A stretch of DNA of 64,000 bases from Sedimentisphaerales bacterium. GTDB lineage: Bacteria; Planctomycetota; Phycisphaerae; Sedimentisphaerales; Anaerobacaceae. The stretch's first letter is position 1. Every line of letters begins with the position of its first letter. The notes below the pieces were generated by a model. That model was given only the letters and a program-made list of their open reading frames with translations. It was not told where the DNA came from and did no database searches. The stretch covers positions 3,904,001-3,968,000 of the forward strand of contig OY970194.1 of NCBI GenBank assembly GCA_963708075.1, given 5' to 3'. Of the stretch, positions 51,330 to 62,300 are shown piece by piece. A program made the translations under genes and the position numbers.

Positions 51330-53308
51330 AGAAGGAGACGATTCGTCGCTTCACCCGGCCGGAATTAGGGCTACACTGGAGCCAGGCAGTGCTATACATC
51401 CTGCTGTTCGGCTCGGGCACGCTTCTGCTGGTCGGGCGAATCCTCGATCATCCGCTCGCCTCTCAGAAGTCTCTCGGGGCGCTCCACCGCGTTGCGGGCG
51501 TCGCACTTGTCGTACTCCTGGGCCAGGCTCTGTTGCTCAGTATCGTTGCGGACAACTTCCGCAGCTTCTGGCGCACGCTGCGAGAGTGTCTGCGCTGGCG
51601 ATGGGGTGACGTCGTCTGGCTCGTCAAAGTCCCGTTCAATGCCATCACGCGACGAGTGAAGCTGCCGCCCGCGGATCGCTTCAACGCGGGCCAGAAGCTC
51701 CACGTGCTGGTCATCGTCTGTGTGCTGGTCGGCTTCAGCATCTCGGGCCTGCTGATGATGCTCATACCCGGAGCGCTCGGGCCATGGATCATCCACCTGA
51801 TCTGTTTCATCCCGGCCGCCGCTTTCCTGGCGCTGCATCTGTTCCTGTCACTCCTGAATCCCGAGACTCGAAAGGCCCTCCCGTCGATCTTCTCGGGCCA
51901 CATGTCGTTGGAACTCGCTCGACGACACCACGGTCTGTGGGCAGGACAACCCGACTCGGCGGAACACCCATCCTATGTATCCCTCCGGATGGTGCTCATC
52001 ATGATCGCTCTGGTAATGGTCGTCGCCGGGGTCTTCGCGATATGGTATGGACCGGCAAAAGTCTCCGGCGTTGTGGCAGCCACAATCACCCGCCACGGCA
52101 CAAATGCAATCACGCCGGCGTCTCTTTCCAAGGTCCATGACGGTGACAACGCGGATACCGACAACTGCGCATCTTGCCATTTGCCGATGGCATCGCCGCC
52201 TTCGGAGAAATGCCTTGTCTGCCACACGGAGATCCAGGAGCGAATGACGGCCGGATCGGGCTTCCATGGCAAGATTGCCGGCTCGTGCAGACAATGCCAC
52301 ACGGAGCACAAAGGCACCGAGGCCATCCCCATATCACTGGACCGACAGGCATTCAACCACGGCAACACCAACTTTCCGCTCGATGGCAAACACCAGGCCG
52401 TGCCATGTGAGAAGTGCCACGAAAGGACCGGCCCGGACACTGCCGGCAGAATGCAGTACACCGGGCTTGACTACAAGAGTTGCATAAATTGCCACTACAA
52501 CCCGCACAATGACCCGCGCGCCAGCCACTGCCTCGAATGCCACACTATGCAAGGCTGGGACCGCGATAATCTGACGTTCGATCATGATCGTGACAGCCAA
52601 TTCCCACTCCTGGGTGCACACGCCAAGCCGGATTGCGAGAAATGTCATCCCCGCCAGACAACAAATGGCCGGGTGCAGGTCCGCCTGTTTGACGTTGGCA
52701 AGTCCTGTCAGGATTGCCATGCCGACCCGCATGCCGGCCAGATGAGCTCTGCGTGCGGCACCTGCCACACGGAGACAGGCTGGACCGGGAACAACCTCGT
52801 ATTCTCGCATGATAAGCACTCATCGTTCCATCTGGATAGGCTTCATTCCTCAGCGAGTTGCGATGACTGCCATGGCCGACAGGCCAGGCGTTATCGTCCG
52901 CTGCCACGCGAATGCGACACGTGCCATACGATCCAACAGGCCGCCATGCAGGGAACCGCACGGGTGCTCTCCGGGCCCCCTGATCCTCACAATGACCGAC
53001 TCTCCTGCACGGATTGTCACGATGTGAACACACCAAGACAACGCCAGGAGGAGTTCGCCGCCAGGTGTGCAACCTGTCACAATTCCCGATATGGCGCCCT
53101 GTTCTACTCCTGGGCGAATGCTCTTGATGAAAACCGTGCTTCAATCAAACAGAACCTGAAACGCATCGATGATCCGAATGACGCGAGAAGGCTCCGGCTC
53201 GAGCAAATCCTGGAAGATGCGGCCGCAGCAGGTTTCCACAACCTGAATCTGACTCAGGAGATCTTGCGGGCAGAAACTCCGACACATCCAGAGAACGTCA
53301 ACAAATAA
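51326..53308 (+). CDS. FdnI-type diheme cytochrome b fused to a 13-heme cytochrome c domain
   Basis: LHWSQ, LHRVAG, RFNAGQKL, IHL, LHLFL, HHGLW; fifth TM helix; 13 CxxCH motifs with FxH..FPLxGxH repeats. Confidence 0.9.
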   Translation: MKKETIRRFTRPELGLHWSQAVLYILLFGSGTLLLVGRILDHPLASQKSLGALHRVAGVALVVLLGQALLLSIVADNFRSFWRTLRECLRWRWGDVVWLVKVPFNAITRRVKLPPADRFNAGQKLHVLVIVCVLVGFSISGLLMMLIPGALGPWIIHLICFIPAAAFLALHLFLSLLNPETRKALPSIFSGHMSLELARRHHGLWAGQPDSAEHPSYVSLRMVLIMIALVMVVAGVFAIWYGPAKVSGVVAATITRHGTNAITPASLSKVHDGDNADTDNCASCHLPMASPPSEKCLVCHTEIQERMTAGSGFHGKIAGSCRQCHTEHKGTEAIPISLDRQAFNHGNTNFPLDGKHQAVPCEKCHERTGPDTAGRMQYTGLDYKSCINCHYNPHNDPRASHCLECHTMQGWDRDNLTFDHDRDSQFPLLGAHAKPDCEKCHPRQTTNGRVQVRLFDVGKSCQDCHADPHAGQMSSACGTCHTETGWTGNNLVFSHDKHSSFHLDRLHSSASCDDCHGRQARRYRPLPRECDTCHTIQQAAMQGTARVLSGPPDPHNDRLSCTDCHDVNTPRQRQEEFAARCATCHNSRYGALFYSWANALDENRASIKQNLKRIDDPNDARRLRLEQILEDAAAAGFHNLNLTQEILRAETPTHPENVNK

Positions 53309-53333
53309 GTAGCACATCCAAGGGCCTGAAATT

Positions 53334-53358
53334 GGGCGGATAGGCTTCCTACCCGCTC
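53334..53358 (+). terminator. Hairpin after the operon, possible terminator or REP remnant
   Basis: GGGCGGATAGG-CTT-CCTACCCGCTC imperfect stem; no clear U-tract. Confidence 0.3.
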
Positions 53359-53453
53359 TGTCACGGGCAGCAAGATTCACCGCCGGCCGGAAAACAGCGC
53401 AGAGATACAGGATATGCTCTATAATGCGAGAGGCCTATGTTCGGAGATCGTCC

Positions 53454-56261
53454 ATGAGAACACTGTGTGTTGTCCTTGGCGTACTTGCAGTCTACTCGTC
53501 GGCGGGGATGGCGCAACAGGCGCCCATTGTGATCGAGAATCCTCACTTGCGATACACAATATCTTCCGAAGGAAAGAACCTTGCCTTTGTCGATCGTGCA
53601 ACAGGTGTTGACTACCTGATACAGGACGCACCGTCCGTGTGCGCTCTGGCTCGCTGCAAAGGCGTAGAGTACCCTGCGACATCCGCTCGATTTGCGGATG
53701 GCCGGTTGACCATTGAGTTCAGCCAGGTGGACGGGAAAGCCGTTCTTGGCGTCATACCCCGGGACTCATACATTCAGTTCACCGTTGATTCGGTGAGCGG
53801 CGACAATATCGAATCGATCATCTTTCTGAACGTTCCGCTTACGCTGCAAGGCAGGCCCGATGAGTCTTTTGGCGCATGCGCTTTGTCTCTTAACCTGATC
53901 ACCCGCGTGGACCAACTGCCGGCACTTCAGGCGAACCTGCGAGCGTCATGCTATGGCAAATTCGGTATGGACGGGGCCAAGGTTGCTATCGTCGGGATGC
54001 CGATGCCCAGAATGCTGGAGGCTCTCAGGCATGTATTGACCGATGCGGATGAGATGCCCCATTGTACGGTCGCAGGCCCCTGGGCGCACGATGTCCCGTT
54101 CAACCATGGCTCCTACTTGTTCAATTTCGGCTCGCTTACGGATTCGAACGTGGACGAATGGATAGCCATGGCCAGGAACCTCGGGGTGACCCAGATCGAC
54201 AATCACGGTGGCGGAGGTTTCTTCCGGTTCGGTGACTTCGTTCTGAACAACGAGAAATGGCCCGACGGATGGGATGCGTATCGTCGGATTGTGAACCGCC
54301 TTCATGACGCCGGAATCGGGTCTATCTTCCATACGTACGCGTTCTTCATCGATAAACAATCGAAGTATGTCCGCCCGGTTCCAGACAAACGGCTTGACGC
54401 CTTTCGAGCCTTCACACTCGCCGCGGATATCAGCGCCGACGCCACAGAGATCACCGTTGCCGAATCCACGCAAGCCATGACGACCGTCACGGGCTTCTTT
54501 GAGCACAACAGCGTCATCCTTCATGTGGGTGACGAACTTGTTGCTTTCGGCGCCGTGAGCCAGGAGCCCCCCTGGCGATTCACGAAGGTCCAGCGAGGCG
54601 CGTTCGGGACCAGGGCAGCAGGACATGAGAAGGGGGCGAAGGCCCGCCACCTCAAGGAGAGCTTCGGTCTTCTCGTGCCGGATCCTGAATCGACGCTCTT
54701 CGAAGAGATCGCGAGGAACCACGCCGAGATCGTGAACTCCTGCGGGTTCGACGGCATCTACCTCGACGCCATCGACGGCAGCAGTATTCTGCGCGGTCCG
54801 GACGAGTGCTGGTACTGGGCGGACAAATTCGTCTTTGAGATCCAGAAGCATCTTCAGAAACCGGTGGGCATGGAGATGAGTGCCATGTGGCACCATTTCT
54901 GGCAGTATCGGACCCGCTGGCAGGCGTGGGACTATCCACAGCGTGGTCACAAACGCTTCATCGACCTGCACGCGGACTCCGTCAATGGCGGCCTCCTGCT
55001 GCCTCTGCATCTCGGCTGGTGGAATTTCCAGCACTTCAACCCACCGCAGGTCGAGCCGACCTATCCGGATGTGATCGAGTATCTCGGGGCCAAGCTCATC
55101 GGCTGGGACGCGGGAATCTCGCTTACCGGTGAGATCGACCAGGCCCGGCTCTCTGCGGTTCCGCTTTTCCGTCGAGCGGTCGATATCCTCCGTACGTGCG
55201 AGGAGCTCCGTCGAGACAATGCCTTCGACGAGACAATCAAAGCCCAATTGCGCCGGCCGGGAAAAGAGTTCTCGCTGGTTCGCGATAGTAGCGGGAAGTG
55301 GCGATTCCGCCCAGTTGTCCATGAATCACATGTGATCTCGTCTGCGGAGCCCTGGAGCCTCTCCTGGACGGTAGACAATCCCTTCATGGAGCAGCCGGCG
55401 CGATTTCGCCTTGAAGCCCTCACGGCCGCAGGTTCGTATGATGATCCAAATAACATCGTCCTGGCCGACCTCTCTGAGCCAAACCAGTTTGCGGGGTCGC
55501 CTCGTACCGCCGGCGGAGTCACCGGATCACTGTCGGAGGCACCGGATGGAGTCAGGCAGGCGGGCGTATTCACGGCAGCCAATTCCGGCAAGGTACCGCG
55601 CAATGCCGCATGGGCCAGGCTGGACCGCAAGCTCGAACCCTGCCTCAACCTGAAGGGCCGTGAGGCGATAGGCGTCTGGGTGGAGGGTGATGGCCGTGGG
55701 CAGATCCTCGGCATTCGGCTCGAGAGCCCCCGCCACATTTCCTTTGGTGCCGTGGCGGACCACTATATCACGGTTGACTTTACCGGCCGACGACTGTTCA
55801 CGCTCGTCGAAACAGAATCAGCCCGCTGGAGTGACTATGTCTGGAATGACGGCAAAGGGCTTTATAACGTCTACCGCGAGACCATCGACTTCGGCACGGT
55901 TGAATCCGTGGGCATCTGGTACAACAATCTCCCGGAGGGTCAGCAAGCACGGTGTGTCATCGGGCCCGTCAAAGCACTGCCAATGGTTGCCTGTACTGTG
56001 AGGAACCCTGCGGTGACAATCAACGGCAAGACCATAACCTTTCCGGTGGAAATGCCATCGGGCGGCTATCTGGAACTCAGCACAACCGGTGACTGCATGC
56101 TCTATGGGCCAAAGGGCGAGGAGATCGCCAACGTATCACCAAAGGGCCCGATTCCCTTGCTGTCGCCCGGGAAGAATCAGATCCAGTTCTCGGCCGATGC
56201 AGCCGATGGGCCTGCCCCGCGCGTGAGACTCACGATCAGCTCACATGGGCAACCTCTCTAA
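53454..56261 (+). CDS. Large secreted protein, possibly a TIM-barrel glycoside hydrolase
   Basis: Signal peptide MRTLCVVLGVLAV; KWPDGWD and GFDGIYLDAIDG motifs; TATAAT at 53420. Confidence 0.55.
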   Translation: MRTLCVVLGVLAVYSSAGMAQQAPIVIENPHLRYTISSEGKNLAFVDRATGVDYLIQDAPSVCALARCKGVEYPATSARFADGRLTIEFSQVDGKAVLGVIPRDSYIQFTVDSVSGDNIESIIFLNVPLTLQGRPDESFGACALSLNLITRVDQLPALQANLRASCYGKFGMDGAKVAIVGMPMPRMLEALRHVLTDADEMPHCTVAGPWAHDVPFNHGSYLFNFGSLTDSNVDEWIAMARNLGVTQIDNHGGGGFFRFGDFVLNNEKWPDGWDAYRRIVNRLHDAGIGSIFHTYAFFIDKQSKYVRPVPDKRLDAFRAFTLAADISADATEITVAESTQAMTTVTGFFEHNSVILHVGDELVAFGAVSQEPPWRFTKVQRGAFGTRAAGHEKGAKARHLKESFGLLVPDPESTLFEEIARNHAEIVNSCGFDGIYLDAIDGSSILRGPDECWYWADKFVFEIQKHLQKPVGMEMSAMWHHFWQYRTRWQAWDYPQRGHKRFIDLHADSVNGGLLLPLHLGWWNFQHFNPPQVEPTYPDVIEYLGAKLIGWDAGISLTGEIDQARLSAVPLFRRAVDILRTCEELRRDNAFDETIKAQLRRPGKEFSLVRDSSGKWRFRPVVHESHVISSAEPWSLSWTVDNPFMEQPARFRLEALTAAGSYDDPNNIVLADLSEPNQFAGSPRTAGGVTGSLSEAPDGVRQAGVFTAANSGKVPRNAAWARLDRKLEPCLNLKGREAIGVWVEGDGRGQILGIRLESPRHISFGAVADHYITVDFTGRRLFTLVETESARWSDYVWNDGKGLYNVYRETIDFGTVESVGIWYNNLPEGQQARCVIGPVKALPMVACTVRNPAVTINGKTITFPVEMPSGGYLELSTTGDCMLYGPKGEEIANVSPKGPIPLLSPGKNQIQFSADAADGPAPRVRLTISSHGQPL

Positions 56262-56423
56262 TTCAACCGGGAGGTGTCCCTTCAACCAGTCGCACCCACG
56301 TGCATTGGGAATCGGCCATGCGGCAAACCGACACGCGCCGCCGATCCCGTCCCTCGTCGCAGACAGCAACTGTGTGATCACGTGACAGTCCGACTCCTGT
56401 CATTCCCGCACAAGCGGGAAATC

Positions 56424-59140
56424 CTAATCACGGTCGCGCTCATCATCCTCACGAGCCGTAGTCACAGCCCATGTCGGATACGGCTCGCGAGGGCCTCTCA
56501 TGGCGTGCCAGAGAATGCGGTTCAACACGTCCTCCGGGCAGCGATCCACTTGCTCCAGAGGCAGTCCGGCCGAGACGATCGCATCTCTGCGCAGTGTGGC
56601 GTCCGACACCTCCTTGGGATTCGGATTCATCTGGTCCAGAGGGCACGTTCGTGGGCACCGCGACGTAGGGAGTAAGGTCGGGCACGTCGGCAAAACAGTC
56701 GCTCATGGGAGTGGCCGTGGCGTCAATTTGGTTCATGGGCGGCAATCCCAGGATCAATTCGATCGTGCGGAGAATGCTCGTCTGGTTGTACTGGGTGCTG
56801 ACGACGGCCTTGCGCCTGGTGTAGGGGCTGATGACATAGGCTGTCGTGCGATAGCCGCTGACGTGGTCCCAGCCGGCCTGCGGGTCGTCTTCGATGGCGA
56901 AGATACAGGTCTTCGCCCAGAATGGGCTGTGACTGATCGCCTCCACGATCTGTCCGAAAGCCAGATCGTTGTCCGCCACCTGGGCCGCCGGCGTCGGGCG
57001 AGCCGGCCTTGGTTCCGGACGTGTGGTCGTTCGGCAGACAGATGATGATCAGATTGGGGAACTTGCCCGTCCGCTCGTATTCGCGCAGTTCCTTGATGAA
57101 CTGGGCGGCCCGGAAGATGTCGGGGATATCCATGTCCCATCCGACGGTTTGCGTGTTCAGATAGGGTCGCAACGACTCGATGGCGGGCCGGCTGCTGATA
57201 TGGATCAGGTCCGTCCGATCGACGAAATCACGATAGTAATCCAAGAACTTCGGCCGGTCTTTCTTGCCGGGATCCTTCCATGCGGTCTCAGTGATGGCGA
57301 ATTCGCCGTAGACGCGAAGCGATTTGCCCCGGGCGATGGCGTTGTCCCAGATGAACCCGGAAGGAGCGTAGGCCAGGGCGTCCACGTCCGTGTCGTCCAT
57401 GCCGTCGGGATAGCTGCGGGGAAAGCCCGCGAAGGACTTCTCCATGTAGTCCGTGGCGAACGCCGAATCCGACCACTGATGGCCGTCGGCGCTGAGGATG
57501 CCCGAGCAGTAGATGTTGTCCAGCAGAACGAACTCGCGCACCATCTTGTGCTGATTGGGTGTGATCTGTGCGCCGAAGACACACAGGGATGGATCGCCGT
57601 TGCCTTCAGGAATATCCCCGAGGACCTGATCGTACGTCCGGTTCTCTTTGATGATGTAGACCACGTGCTCGAAGACAGACGGCTCGCCGACTCTTTGGGG
57701 GATGGGTCGCGGCGGCTGGTTCGATCGCGCCGGCTGTCGGGCTTCCTTGAGAAGCGGGTATCGGTAGTTATCCAGCACCCGGCGCGTCAATGCCGGCAGT
57801 TCTTTGCCCCGAGGGACGGGTACAAGCGACAGGGTTCCATGGTACTGATAGCTATTGTATTCATGGGCCCGGGATTCCTTGAGGCCGCTGGTCGAGCCGA
57901 CCCCTTTGATATTGGCCACGACCAGCCAGTGATGCGCAGCATCATAGGCAATCGCGCCGGGAAACCACCCGACCGGGATCAGTCCCAGGAGTTTCGATTC
58001 ATCGGGACGGAAGCGGAACACGGCAATGGCGTTCTGGGTTCCGTTGGCGACATAGAGGGTATCGCCGGAGGGATTGAATGCCAGCGCGTTGGGGCTGGCT
58101 CCGAACAGGTCCGCCGGGCTGGATTTGGCCCAGATAGTTTCCACCACCTTATCCGTGCGCGTATCGATCACGCTCAGCGTGTCGCTGCCTGCGTTGGCCA
58201 CGACGACATGGCGTCCATCCGGGGAGCCCGCGATAGCGGAGGAATGAAGCCCCACCATGATTTCGTCAACGGGCGCGTCCTGGTTGATGCGGATCACGGA
58301 AACCGAACCTTCGCCGGCAATGTGCCGCACGGGATCGACCCGCACCCGCATGCCCTGCCCCGCCGGACCGGTGAGGCTGTCCTCGTCCGGGAGACGACCG
58401 CCCCAGTTGCTCACGTACGCCTTGCCGCCCACCGGAACCACGCCATAAGGCGCGACGCCCACCGGCCAGGACCGAAGCATTTCCCCGGTGTTCGTATCGA
58501 TCTCCGCCAGGCGATTGGACAGGTTCAGGACCACGTACAATCGGCGTCCATCGCGGGAGATCGCCAGTCCGGCCGGGATTTCCTCCTTGCGCCACGGAGC
58601 ATTGGCAGCGGGCAAGCCGATGGAAGACAGGCCGCGGACCCGCCCCTCGGGACTGACGGCGAACACCTTGATGTCGCCATTGACGTTGGACAGATAGATC
58701 CGCGAGCCATCAGGACTGAATATCAGACCGGTATAGCTGAGCTGGCCGGATTCGTCCGGCTTGAGAATGTGGGAGGAAACGTCGTTAGGGCCCCGGGACT
58801 CGCTGGAAGGCAACGTGACGCGCTGTTTGATGTCGCCGGTCTGCGGATCGACCAGAACCAACTCCTGCGTCTTGCCGGACGTGGCGAGCAGGCGGCCGTC
58901 GGGACTCAACGCCACGGCTTGCGGCCGCATGCCCGGCAATTCCACCTGGATGCCGGTCGGCGTGAGCACCTGATGAATCGGCGTGATGTATCTTTGCGGA
59001 CTGACTTCGCCCACAGGCTCGGTGTTGGAGTAGTCCACGGTCCGGCAGGATCCGGCCAGGACCAGCACAGACAAGAGTGTGATGAGCGTGGAGGGCGACG
59101 GTATCCCATGCGTCGACGTGATTATGTCTTTCTCGTCCAT
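56424..59140 (-). CDS. YncE beta-propeller/alkaline phosphatase-family phosphoesterase lipoprotein; frameshifts near 56997 and 56642
   Basis: Lipobox LAGSC; YVTN-like repeats; YIIKENRTYDQVLGD, SADGHQW, LPNDHT, EDDPQAGWDHV. Confidence 0.87.
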
Positions 59141-59365
59141 CGTGCTCTCCTGTCAGGATCGTCAAGACCAGTTTGAACGGCTTTCAGGGAATCTGTACTA
59201 TCAGAATGCCGTTCATTTGTCACGTAGTGCTTCGGAAATCGGGGATAGGCGCTGTCAAGGAGCATCGCCACAAGGCAGGAAACATGGAATGAGGTGGCCG
59301 ACCGCTCCGTGTCCACTACCGTCCGCAAAGCAACGAGGCACCCACAAAGCGGGCTGATACGGCGC

Positions 59366-62300
59366 TCACTCGTACAAGCCGGGTGACCCGTCGTAGTTCA
59401 GACTCGGACGCCATGCGTTCTCGTCGCTAAGTGCACTGGGGTCTGTCTTCGATGGATCTCGGACAACCAGGGAAAAGCCCCGGCCATCGGTGCTGGTGTA
59501 CCAGCCATCATCAAAGCGGAAATCGTGGATGGTTTGGCCGGTGGCATCACGCAGAACGATACGCTCGCCTGCGTTGTCCAGGCTCCCGGCATACTGGCCA
59601 GCGATGTTGAAATCCTGCCCGTATTTGCCCTCGAAGGCCTCAACATCTTTCACCGCCAGCACGTAGCCGCCTGGGGCCAGTACAACGCTGGGGAAAGTGA
59701 ATTGGATTCCCTCCGTGAACTCCACGAGATTCAAGTTTACAGTCTGCGTTCCGATGTTGGTCAGTTCGATGTACTCAGTGTTGGGATCATCCGGATTGCC
59801 GGTGTCTGCCGGATGGTACATGATCTCGCTGATCCGCAGGCTCTCAGCGACAGGCCCGACCGCGAATACGGCTTCGTTCAACGCACTCCATGCATCCGAG
59901 GCCAGGGCGAGGGATTTGATGCGAGTGCTTTGCGGCAGTGGAACCGGCCCATCGTAAGGAATGGCAGTGGCGGACACCGCGCCGCCCACTTGCCCCTGCT
60001 TGCCCCCGGCCAACTCAGCCGAGATGACGAAGTCCGAGCTTGTATTCGATGCATTCAGGCCCTGAATCGCCAAAAGGTTCGAATCCCGCCGCAGCAAACC
60101 AATATGGGCGGAGACATCGAACACCTCTGACCCATCGGATTCATGGCTTACGTCCGCGCGGGAGTCCCACTGAGGAGCCCCGGCGAACCGCGAACGCGCA
60201 ATCTCCACGCCATTGAGATACGCGACGAAGCCATCATCGTAGCGCATCCGTAAAGTCATGAAGTCGTATTCACTTGGATCGCTCTGTGCAGCAAACAGTA
60301 TTCGGATATAGCAAGTTGTGTTCAGTCCGTACATCTGCGAGCCCACGTCGACGCCGATCAGCGCCTCATATCCCGAGGCTCGCTCATAGCCCACTGCTCC
60401 GGTGCCGCCCGGCCAGGTTAGATCATTGAAACGCAAGTTGCTTCTCCATGCATCCCCGATGGGGCCCTTCGGAACGAAGACTCTCTTTGCGGCACTTTCC
60501 GCGACAAGCGTGGTCAAGGCGTCCGGCTCACCGGCCGCGATGGGCTGTCGAGGGTCGGAGCCATCGAGCGTGTAGTAAACCTTGCCGTTCGGCGCCTGCA
60601 TGGAAAGCTTGTCGCTTGAGGCGATGTGCCCGCCGTGCTGATAGGAACCATTGACGTAGAAGACCGGCGCATCGGTACGCGGGTACAACCCGGCGGCCTT
60701 CAATTGCTCAAGCAGGATCCCTGTCCGCTGTGGGAAGTACTCCGTCAGCAGCCGATTCCGCTCGGCCATCCACTCCACATCGCGGGTGTACGGCCGCGCT
60801 CGCTGGGCATCGCCCCAGCGGGCGGATTCGCAGATGATCGCACTGTAGATCTCATGGGCCCGCGTCTCCCAGCGTGCGGCAGCGGCATCGGGCGTCAGAG
60901 CGCCGCCGTTGAACATGTGCCTGTGCACGCGGTCAGCGTAGCGGAGGCGAAATTCAGGATTCTCCCGCAGCTTTGTATAGACGTGCGAGATGCTGGTGGG
61001 GACATCGACGTTGATGTTCAGGAAGTCCGTCGCCTCCCAGATACTGTACTCCATGTCCCAAACGAAGAATCTGAACTTCGGGTCGCCGATCCGGCTGCCG
61101 ATGGCCCGCTGGTTGTTGGACTGAAAGATCTCCGGGCCATCCTTGTTGGTCGTGTACTGATGGATGAGGAAGAAATCGATGAGATTGTCGAGGTCCACAT
61201 ACCTCTGCATTTCGGCATAAGCCTGGGGACTGGCGAGCCCGCGGTCGGCCAGCGAGAGCATTTCGTTGTATCGATTCAGGTCGCCATCGACAGCCTCATT
61301 TGTGGTGGTCCGGCGGTTCAACGCATCGTAATCCTCGTCGGACCCTCCGAAGTACTCCTCGCCGAATTGCGCATCCGGCCGCTCTACGGGGTTGTACAGG
61401 CCCCAGTAGAGTCCATTGAGGTACAGGTGGACGAACGTGGCATGCCCATCGATCTTGCCCATGTCACGCGCGGTGTCGCGGGCGAAGGCGTCGCGGATGT
61501 ACTGGGCCTGCTCCGGGTACTGCTGTCCCGCCCATGACCGGCCGTGCTGTGCCCGCAGCACGATGCTGTCAAATCGATCCACCGGGGCATCGGGAAAGAG
61601 CTTGTAGTCCATCTTCCTGGGACCGTATTCATTCCGGAACTCCAGTCGGAGCGAATGCTTCTTCGTTCTGTCGTGGCTGCGCCAGGAGTAGCTGTGGATG
61701 CGTATGCCGCACTGTCCGACATAGGCCGTGCTCCCATCGCCATTGATGATCTCGATGGATGTAGGACGCTCCCAACTATCGCCCCGGCCCGTCGCGTTCG
61801 AATAGATCCCGCGCTGACTTCCGAAGAGGTCCTCAGGGTCCATGATGACAGACATCGTGCGGCTACTCCGCAGCGCCGGAATCATCTCGTCCCGGTACGC
61901 CGGATCGTTCACCACCTCCGAGTCCATTTCATAATCGGCGCCGGCCCCGGCCCATAAGGCCGGAAAACCCGCAGGATTGCCCGGCTGGTGAAGCACATCG
62001 TTGAGGAATATGTACGTGTGTGTCCGCACCCCGCTGGACTTCCATCCAGGCTTCATCGCTCGTGCCCTCAGGCAGGTCGTGCCTGTGACAGCGATGGGCT
62101 TGCTGTAGGGGCGGGTTTCAAACCCGCCCGTACCAGACACCCCAGGCTCTGATCCATCAAGCGTATAGTATATCGTCGCATTCTTCGTGTTGCATGTGAT
62201 CGTGACTTCAAACGGGCTATCATAGAAGCCCCGCGGATAGCTGAACTCAACATCAGCGACCACGCCCTCATACGCACGCACATTCGGCGCTGCGGGTGTG

